Assembly: GCA_013265495.1 (NCBI GenBank)
Contig: MU063101.1
Location: forward strand, 7,571,255-7,635,254
Source: Vicugna vicugna
Lineage: Eukaryota
DNA length: 64,000 bases
Direction of reading: 5' to 3'
The translations under genes were made by a program, and so were the position numbers. Under the pieces are notes generated by a model, which had not been told where the DNA came from, did not search any database, and was given only the letters and a program-made list of their open reading frames with translations. Shown here in pieces: positions 1 to 64,000 of this stretch (position 1 is its first letter; every line of letters starts with the position of its first letter).

Positions 1-949
1 TCTGTCTAACTCTAGAACGTCATCATCACCCCGAAACAAACTCCATAACTTTCCGAACTTCCCTCTCTACCCAGCCCCCCACAGTCACTCATCTCCCTCC
101 CTGTGGATTGATTGGCCTGCTCCAGACATTTCATATGGAGGACTCCTACACTAAGGGCCCTTTTGGGTCCGACTTCCTTCTCGCAGCATGAAGCTTGCAA
201 GGTTCAGCCACTTTTTAGCGTGATTGGAGTCCCATCCCTTTTATGGTCAAATCACACACGTGGCAGGCATGGACCACATCTGTTCAACCATTCACTGCTG
301 TGACATTTGGGTTGTTTGCACTCCGTGCCTTCTTTTAAACTTATCAAAGTAATGAAATAGCGTAACTTTGTGGAAATCATGGGAATGGTGGGGATCCCCT
401 GCAGGACCTCTCCCTTGGTCCACAGACAAGGAGAAGTGCAGTTCAGTTAAAACCTGAAGGGTGAGCCGGAGTTAGCAGGACAAGAGTTTGGGGTGAGGGG
501 GTACTGGGGAGTGTTCCAGGCAGAGGGGGTGGCTGGGGCAGAGGCTGGAGGGAGAGAGTGCACACCTTTGAGAATGGAAGAGGTCTCGTGTGGCCGGAGA
601 GGGGATATGGTGAGAGAGTCAGAGGGCAGGGCTTCATGGCCTGGCTGCAGCTTTTTAAGAGTCTGGACTTTAACCGAGGGAAAAGGAATAGCCAGGGGAT
701 GACAGGAGCAGGTGTAAGTGTGCTGGGAGGGAGGGGGTTTTCAGGGGGCAGGACTTTTAGGGCTAAAATGGGGACCATCCCAGCCAAACCGAGATAGTGG
801 GTCACCTCTGAGTAACTATGGGGAGCATGAACTGGTGAGTTTAAATCTGAAGGCCTTGGGCCTTTTTGGATTGGAATTCTCTCGACTCTGAGCCACGGGC
901 CTGGATGCTTTGCAGTTTAGTAAAACAAAAGTAGACATTGAAAGGGAGT

Positions 950-1200
950 TGAACTTCCAACTTATCTATGACGTTCTGGAAAAGACAAAACTATAGAGAG
1001 AGTAAAAGGGTCAGTGGTTGCCAGGGGTTTGGGGTGAGAGAGGGATGAACAGGTGGAGGGCAGGAGATTCTGAGGCAGTGAAACTATTCTGTGTGGTACA
1101 GTAACGGTAGACATGTGACATCATACATTTGTCAAAACCCACAGAATATAGAACAGCAAGAGTAAACCGTCCTGTAAATGATGGACCTGATACATGGTGA
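950..1200 (+). mobile_element. old L1M 3'-end fragment
   Basis: caaaactatagagagagtaaaagggtcagtggttgccagggg ... catacatttgtcaaaacccacagaa. Confidence 0.7.
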
Positions 1201-1924
1201 GCTTGCCCTCCAGCCATACCACCACCTTCTAGAAGGTTCGTTACCTCCCCCATCCAAGATCATTCCTTCCTCTTCTGAAAGTCTTCCAGTAAAGATGTTT
1301 ATTTACGTGCCGGGGGAAACAGTGGTCAGTAGCTACTTGAAGAGTGATAAGGAGGATTCCCAGGCCCATCCCAGCCAACGGGGAAATGTCCCCGGTGATT
1401 GACTGGTGATGTCTGCCACAGGCATAGGAGGAGGGAGTGGTGGTGGTGTTTGTGCTGGGTGTTTACCTTTCAGGATTTAGCAAGTCCCAAGACACCTGGT
1501 GGCAAGTTCTGTAGGGCTGTACCTTGTCTCTCCTGGTGGAGTTAAGCCCCCTTGGAAATCCAGAAATGCCCAGAGCTGTGGGACGTATTCAGCCAGTATT
1601 TCCCCATCATTTATCAAACAGTGACTGTGGACGAAGGGACAGAGCATGACATGAATAGTGCCTGGACTCAGGCTGCGTGTGGGCAAATGAGGCCACAGTG
1701 CTGGTGCAAAGGTGTGAGTCGTGTCATATCTGCAGGTCTCGCTGTGGGAACACGAGCCGAGCATAGTTTTGCCTGGGGCCTCGGCCCTTTCCCTTCCCTC
1801 CGCCTGGAATACTGTCCCCCCAGATGTCCACAAGCGTCACTTTGAACCTCATTCAGGCCGCTGCTCAGGTGTTACCTCTCCTACATGCTCCAGCCCCGCT
1901 TCCTCTCCAGTCCCCACTGTGCTC

Positions 1925-2375
1925 ACTCTACTCATTTCCAGGGGCAGCCACAAGTGACCACAAACCAGGTGGCTTGAAACATTAATTCTCCCACAGTCTA
2001 GAGGCCAGAAGTCTGAAATCCAGGTGTCGTCGGCAGGGCCAGGCTCCCTCCAAACGCTCTGGGGTGAATCCTTTCTCATCTCTCCAGCTTTAGGCGGCTC
2101 CAGGTGGGCCTTGGCTTGTGGCAGCATCCCTCCCATCTCTGCCCCCAACTCCCCTTGACCTTCTCCTCTGTATCTGTGTCTCTTCTTTTCTGTCTCTTAC
2201 AGGGACACCCATCATTGGATTTAGGGCCCACCCAGTTAATCCAGGATAATCTCATCTTGAGATCCTTATCTCACTTCTGTCTTCAAAGATTATTCTCCCA
2301 AATAAGGTTATGTTCACAGTTTCTGGGCATGAGGACACAGACATATGCTTTCAGAGGGACCATGACCCAACCCAC
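1925..2375 (-). mobile_element. MLT1 (MaLR) LTR
   Basis: ggccagaagtctgaaatccaggtgtc and gatttagggcccaccc motifs. Confidence 0.8.
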
Positions 2376-2679
2376 TATGCTCACTGCCTGACAACACATC
2401 ATGTGGTGATTTATTTGCAGCTTATCACACCCACTGGGAGAGAGGGTACAAGGGAGCGGGGACAGACTGTCGTGTGCAGGGGCTCAGCTCCAGGGCCACG
2501 TAGCAGGTGCTTAAAAATACTTGCAGAATGAATGAAAGTGGCTTTACATCTCTAAAGTTTAGTTTCTTCATCTATAAAATGATTATATTATTGCTTGTAT
2601 GCCCAGCCACTAAAAAAGCCAGACAGAGTTGAGGTTTATGCAAAGAGCCATCCCTTCAAACTAAGTCCTAAAACTAAGT

Positions 2680-2886
2680 ATATATTTTAATATATGTAAA
2701 TACATTTGCGTATATGTATATAACCAGACATATGTGTAAGCATATTTACACATATGTAAATTACATGTTCACATGTATTTATAGAGATATATTTTAATAT
2801 ATGTAAATATACATATATCTCAAAGGAGATACATCTACATATATGTAAATTACATATCTTACATATATGTAGATATATATATCTCC
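2680..2886. repeat. AT-rich degenerate (TACATA)-type low-complexity repeat
   Basis: Recurrent catatgtaaat / acatatatgta units. Confidence 0.85.
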
Positions 2887-5493
2887 TTTGTGTTCTGTAC
2901 CCCTTCTGAAAAGGATGCCTTCAAATCCCAACCTTATAATTTGCCAGTGGGGCTTATTACCAAATAAATTTCCAGTGCCTTGGGACAGCATCTTGGCTTC
3001 CCAACAGGGTGTATTGTTGGGAGATAATATATGGGTCATGAAATGACACCACTTTCATAGAGAGAGAGTGAATGGGAGTTGAAGAGTATGACCTTATTGT
3101 TCAACATGCCCAGAGCAGATGTTTCAAGAAAGGCTGGATGCTTTGGCCTGAGTCGTGCCCTTGACTCTAAGGCTGGTCAGAGCACCTGGGTCACCTTCAG
3201 AGCTGCCAGCCTTAGAAAGTTTCCCAGCAAACTGGTCAATGGATTTCTTGAGAGCAGACTCAAGAATTCGGCAGGCTGAAGGCCAAAGGAAAAAATGGAC
3301 AGGAAAACAATTAAACTGGGTAATTCTGAACACTTCCTTGTCTTCCTGTGTCAGATCAAGTAGTCAAAAATACATAAAGACATGAACAACATAGCCAGAA
3401 AGTTGGAATGAATAAATATCAAACTGATTTACTAAGAAAAGTACAGCTTACCAATACCCTTGTTTTAGTGGGATTGAAATATTTACACAAATTGCATACA
3501 AACCAGGCACAAAGTCTCAATAGATGAAGAAAAGTTAGTAGACACATGTGCAGACTGCATTTTCTGATCACAATGCAACAAAAACAAAAATTAAGCAAAT
3601 TCAAACCTAAGAGGGCTCGTTCAGCCATTCCAGTCACAAAGCTGGTTTCTTTAACTGCTTTCTCTGTGATCCACTCCATCTTTTTTCCTTCTTCTTCTTT
3701 GTGTTCTTTTTTCTTTCTGTCCCAACAGGTCTGGGTGTTGCACAATATCCCCAACCCAGAATTTACTTACTGAGTGCCCTGGGCATTCTCGTCTCTGATC
3801 CACAGATTCCAGCCTTGACAACTCTGAGCTGGAGCAGAGGCAGGGCATTCAAGGGAAAGGCATTTGACCAAAACATCACCCCCTGCTCACAAACAGACTG
3901 TTTATCAAACTTTCCCCAAAGCACTCAGTTTGAGGCGCCATCTGTCTTTTGTCGGAACCCTGACTCATGCAGATAGGGAGCGTCATCCCCATTTTGTGGA
4001 TGAGTAAACTGAGGTGGAAAGAGGTAAGGAAAGTTGTGCAAGGTCACACATTTCAAAGGAACAGGCCTGGGATGCAAATCTGGACGCACACCAGTTTTAC
4101 TTTTTCCATGATCTCTGGGCCTTCACTGAAATTGGTGGGGCCACTCAGCATGGTGTCTGGAGCAAGAGGGAAAAGGCAGGAGGAACAAGAAGGACCGCTA
4201 GAACTGCTGATCAGGTTGAATGGAGCTCAGGTGGCCATCCCTTGGGGAGCAGCTGGGCTCCCCCAGGGAGGGATGGCACAATTTAATGGACACATATGTC
4301 CTGGGGGGTCCTTAAGTAACCCTACTTGACAGATGAGAAAACTGAGGCACAGAGGAGGAGCACAGACTTCTCCAAAGCCACCTCTCTCTTAAGTAGTGGG
4401 TCTTGTTCTGAATTCCATTCCTACAGAAAGCCAAAACCCTTACACTTCTCAATACATCCATCTGGAGGCTGGGAACCATCCACACTGCACATTCACTCGA
4501 ACTTGGGAGCCATTTGAGCCCAGCAACTTCCATGTGATGAGGAGGAGGAGGGTGACGCTGATGTAGCACCAACAGATGCTGTCTATGTCGAGCCCTACCC
4601 TGAGCTCTTCCTAGCCAAGGTGGCCCATCAGATGTTCCCACTTCACTATGAAGGAGGTGCTCTCGTGGTGGGCGTTTCACAGATCAGTAAACGAGGCTCT
4701 GAAAATGCAAGAAACCTGCTGGAGGTCCCACGATTAGCAAGCGCAGGCTCCCGTCGTGCAGGTGAGAATAAACAGCTCAGAGATCATGCAACACGGGAGG
4801 AGCCCAAAGGCAGTGGAATCCTCAAACTGTCCCGCATCTGGAGGTGAGGTCTTAGCTTCTTCTTAAATAATAAACTGGGAACCGCGGCTCAGAGAGTCCC
4901 TGTGCCTGGTCAGGAGCCTCCCACTCCCAGCAGCGGTAGGAATCGGACTCAGCTCCTGTTCACCGTGCTCTCAGCATCTTAGTCGACCGCACTCCGTCGA
5001 GGGAGGATCACCTCGACGCTTGGTAAGAAGTCCAGCTTCCTGGCCGCTCCAGACCCAGGGACTCAGGGTAGGGAGGGATCTGGAAAACCGCATTTTAAAC
5101 AAGCGTTTGTCGCCCACCTCCACCCCATCCCCCACTCCAGCTGTTTCTTAGGTTCTGGCAAGTTTGGAAAACATCCCCAGCTATGATGCGCAGCTGCAGC
5201 GGCGGGGGCTTCCTGGGCTGCTGCGGCCCCCAAGATTGGAAAAGTCCTGGGCAAGCTCGCGGGGCGGGGCGGGACGGGGCCAGGTGTGCCGAATGCTGCC
5301 TGGTGCGCAGCCCCGCCCCGGGGGCGGGGCCTCACCTGCGGCGAGCAGGTAGGCGGCTACCTGGTAACCTGGGCTGGCCCGGGAAGCTTGGGCGCACGCA
5401 GCCAGCCCCGGGCGCAGCAGGGACCGAGGGACGCGGGCAGGGGCGGCCGCCGGCGTGACGGGAGGCTGAGAGAGGGACCTCCGCCCGCTCACC

Positions 5494-60157
<54,664 letters not shown>

Positions 60158-60392
60158 TGGCCCCCGACCTGTATAATATCTCCTAAATCTATATTTTTTT
60201 GCAATTGTGGCCCTCCCCTCACCCTGCCTCTTCCAAGGGGTATTTTTAGGACATCATGACATCAGGTCCTTACCTGGTTGTTCCTGGAAACCAGCGGGAA
60301 GCTCCGGCCCCGTCCGGAGTCCATCCATCACGCTCTCCCGCTGGGCCCTGGGACTGACAGGGAGGAGCCTGCACAGGAGCACCTTGCTATTT

Positions 60393-60398
60393 ATTAAA
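60393..60398 (+). terminator. poly(A) signal ATTAAA (3'UTR about 260 nt)
   Basis: Variant hexamer about 235 nt after the stop, followed by a T/GT-rich stretch (tatgtattgt). Confidence 0.7.
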
Positions 60399-60707
60399 TC
60401 ACAATGATTTTTATTAACCACGTCTAGCTATGTATTGTCCCATAGTTTGATGTGCTGCAGACCCTGGTGCAATGGGAAGACTGGCGGGCTGGGGACAGGC
60501 CCCAGGCTTCTGGTCTCTCTGCCCGTTTGAGGCCCCATCTCCTTACCCCTAAAATGGGGGCTTTGGGTATTTTTGTTAAGTGCAGTGCCAGGGGCCTGAT
60601 GATTTTGATTAGCACTTTCCTACAAGTGGCCAGGTTTAACCCACAGCCCCATGGTCATGACCATGTAGGTGGCGAGAAGCCACATCCTGGATGGCCTAAA
60701 GGCCAGA

Positions 60708-60798
60708 GGGGAGAGGAAAACAGCTCAGTGGTGCAGCACATGCTTAGCATGCACGAGGTCCTGGGTTCAATCCCCAGTACCTCCATTAAAAAAAAGAA
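60708..60798 (+). mobile_element. camelid-type tRNA-derived SINE
   Basis: agctcagtgg A-box, ggttcaatcc B-box, A-rich tail. Confidence 0.9.
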
Positions 60799-61044
60799 AG
60801 CCTCAGCTCTTAAAGCTGAACAGTACATGTCCTTTCCCTCCAGAACCAGGATCTGGAATAGTCCTCTCCTGCCTGAGAATGGGCCTCATTTCCCACTGGC
60901 CCCGAGACTGTCCTTAACACATGGCCACTGTCCCAGCTGAAACGTGGCAGAGCAGAGGGGTCTGCAGCCTGGCAAAAATGACCACAGAGAACTAGAAACA
61001 ACTCCATCTTCCACATGAGGCCACAGCTGCTACCTGCCTGCCCC

Positions 61045-61438
61045 CCAGTTATTAATCAGGGCTGTCCAGAGGAAATCGAAACCAATAGGATGGAGAGGAG
61101 AGAAAGACATTTGTTCTAAGGAATTGGCTTACTTGACTGTTGGGCCTGGCAAGTCTGACTTCTTCAGGGCAGGCCGGCAGGCTGGAGACTCAGGAAGGAA
61201 TTTTGCAGCTCAAGTCTGAGGCAGCCCTCAGGTCTGGAGATGGAATTCCTTCTTTCTCAGGGGACCTCAATCTTTTCTCTGAAGCCTTCAGCTGATAGGA
61301 TAAGGCCCATCCACATTCTGAAGGTTATCTGCTTTATTCAGAGTCTACTGGTTTAAAGGTTAATCACATCTAAAAAAATCCCAGAAACACCTTGGCACTG
61401 TGGCCTAGTCAAATTGACACATAAAAGTAATCATGACA
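61045..61438 (-). mobile_element. MLT2 (ERVL) LTR
   Basis: Reverse complement starts tgtcatgattacttttatgtgtcaatttgactaggccac. Confidence 0.82.
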
Positions 61439-61809
61439 CCCAGCTGCCCAGGGTGGTGACACCAGATAGGGTGAAGGTCCCTGCAGCTCCCAGGCAGAAT
61501 CCACATTCCTCCAAAGTAAAATTCACACCCTTGGGGGAGGTCACAATGCTCCTCCACCCACTAAGTGACACCAGAGCTCAATGTGGAAACATACACGTGC
61601 CAGCCCCGCAAGAGGATGATGGAGGAGGCTGGCCGGGGAGGACACCTTTGGTGCAGGGGTGATACCTGCCCACAGCTACCAACCTGCAGCAACTGCCCAG
61701 ACGTGAAGGACAACTCCTGTCACACACAGCCAGCTTCCCTCTGAGTCAGGGACACTTCCTGCTGCCCCTCTCCCTTTTCAAGATTCTTCAGCAAATTGCT
61801 GGCCCAAGA

Positions 61810-64000
61810 AAATGCTTCTCATTTAAAAATAATAGTAATAAAAATAACTAGGGTTGACTGATACTTGAAATAACAACAAAAAGAACTCGTGACCCTTACT
61901 TGTACCATACAGAACAAGCCAAGGGACACTACAAGTGGAACAGCTAAAACAGTAGGGGACAGGCTCATTTTTACTAAATAAGCCACAAACTGCTAGCCAC
62001 AGAATATATAATGGATCAGCTGGATTACACTCAAGTGAAGACCCTCTTCTCATGAAAGATGTACTAGAGGGAACAAGACCATTGAGAAGCTTTGCCTGAT
62101 TTATATTTATAGAACTCTACCCATCAATAGCACCAAACAGGACCGGTCACCAAAATAAAGAGTGAAGAGCAAAAAACAATGACGTCAAAGGCAAAAATGG
62201 AAAAAAAAAAATCAACCTCACCAAAAGCTAGTTCTTTGAAAAGATCAATGAAAGTGTCAGTCTTGCCAGAGGAGCATCAAAGGAAACCAGATACAAATTA
62301 CTCATGTTAAGAACCAGGGATGGTGTATCACTACAGACCCCTCAAGATTGTCCAACAATAAGGGAACATTAAGAACAATGTTATGCACATAAACAAGTTA
62401 AATGAAATAAACCAAATCCTTGAAAACCATAAACTAAACTCACTGAAGATAAAATAGATAATCTGAGTAATCTAATTAGCAGAAACACTGAAGCTGTCAT
62501 TAAAACCCTTCCCAAAAGGAAATCTCCAAAACCAGATGGTTTCACTGGTAAATTTTACTAAACATTTAAAGAAATAATAATCCTACACAGTCCCTTCCAG
62601 GAAATAAAAGTAGAGGAAACACTTCTCAACTCATTTTATGAAGCCAACATTACCCAGATACCAAAACCAGACACACAGTACTACAGACCAACACTCTCAT
62701 GAACAGAGACACAAGAATCCTCAAGGAAATATTAGCAAATTGGATCCAGCCATATGTAAAAAGTACAAGACACCATGACTAAGTGGGTTTAATCCAAGAT
62801 TTCAATATTCTTGGATTAGTTCAATATTTAAAAATCAACGTAATCCACCATGTTAATAATGTAGAGAAAGAAAATTAGTCGTATCAGTTGAAGCAGAAAA
62901 GCACTCATGAAATTCAAACCCCATTCATGATAAAAAATAAAAAAACAACTCAGCAAACTAGGAATAGAACTTCCTGAACCTAATAGAGAGGTTCTCCAAA
63001 AACAAACAAACAACAAAAAGAAACAGACAGACAAACCCTAAGGCCACCATCCTACTTCCTGATGAAAGACTGAGTGCTTTCCCTAGAAGATTAGGAACAA
63101 AGATGTCCAGCCTCACCACCCCTACTCGGCATGGTGATTGAATTCCTAGGCAGTGCAATCCAGCAAGAAAAGAAAACTGAAAGGCATTGGAAACAAGATT
63201 TGAAAGGAGAAAATAAAACTGCCTCATTCACGAGTGACACTGTCTATGCAGAAATTCCCAAGGACTCTAGAAACAAAAACCTTTCCAGTAAATGAGTCTA
63301 GGAAGGTCACAGATAGAAGGTTAACAAACAGAAATCACTTGTATTTCTATATACTAGCAATGAATAATTAGAAACTGAAATTTACAGTTTAGTACCATTT
63401 ATAATGACGCAAATTGAAATACTTAAGTATAAACTAAAAAAACATGGTTAGGATCTGTCTGTGTGCTACAGACTACAAAATGCCAATGAAAGAAATCAGA
63501 AAACCTTAAAAAATGGGGAGACATGCTGTGTTCATATGGAAGACTATCTAGTAAAGGTATCAGCTCTCCCTAAATTGGCCCACAGATTTAACACAATTCC
63601 CATCAAGAGCTCAGAAGGATTTTTTTTAAAAGACGTAGACAATCTTATTCTAAAATTTATATGTAAAGATAAAGGAATGAAAACATTTCTGAAAAAGGAA
63701 ATCTATTTCCTGATTTGAAGACTTACTGTCTAGCTACAGTAATCAAGACAAGGTAATACTGGTAAAGGAACACACACAGATCAATGTCACAGAACAGAGG
63801 CCAGAATTAGCCCCACAAGTTATTACCCATTTATTTTTGACAAAAATCCAACAGCAATTCAGGGTGCTGGAACAATTAGACATCCATAAGCAGAAAAGAA
63901 CCCCTCATACCTTCTACAAAAATTAACTGAAAATGGGCCATAGCCCAAAACACAGAAGAAAACAAAAGAGAAAATCTTTGGAATCTAGGGTTAGGCAAAG
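61810..64000 (+). mobile_element. degenerate L1 ORF2 (reverse-transcriptase region), many stops and frameshifts
   Basis: Motifs such as cattttatgaagccaacattacccagataccaaaacc and tacagaccaacactctcatgaac; A-rich plus strand. Confidence 0.88.

Noticed and set aside
60708-60798. tRNA gene
   Set aside because: It has A and B boxes but an A-rich tail, no closing acceptor stem, and several dispersed relatives in the window, so it is a SINE.
61810-64000. Active L1 or a domesticated reverse-transcriptase gene
   Set aside because: Many stops and frameshifts; the longest ORF is under 90 aa.

Overview
Mammalian genomic DNA, most likely a camelid (inferred from a camelid-type tRNA-derived SINE, cetartiodactyl-type L1 tails, and no Bov/PRE/Alu SINEs seen). 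The window holds one complete protein-coding gene on the + strand: ATP2C2, encoding secretory-pathway Ca2+/Mn2+ P-type ATPase 2 (SPCA2). I traced 27 GT-AG coding exons from ATG 5494 to TAG 60157. They sum to 2841 nt = 946 aa + stop, with intact TGE, PEGL, D379-KTGT, TGDGVND and M6 N768/D772 motifs. The gene has a CpG-island/GC-box promoter and an ATTAAA poly(A) signal. The rest is intronic or intergenic sequence rich in L1, MaLR/ERV LTRs, MIR/L2, DNA-transposon MITEs and young SINEs, plus four N-runs that all lie inside L1 copies. I found no wholly new gene or system. The best leads are regulatory: (1) exon 24 has no ATG, so the start codon of the mouse pancreatic SPCA2C isoform appears lost; (2) a SINE inserted into the exon 7 splice acceptor, duplicated its pyrimidine tract and probably supplies the branch point; (3) an unexplained 80-bp direct repeat (78/80 identical) brackets exon 7 and looks like a duplicated 58-nt poison exon; (4) there are several tandem or duplicated splice sites. 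Repeat family names and comparisons with human or mouse come from memory, not from searches. Repeat boundaries without TSDs are approximate.
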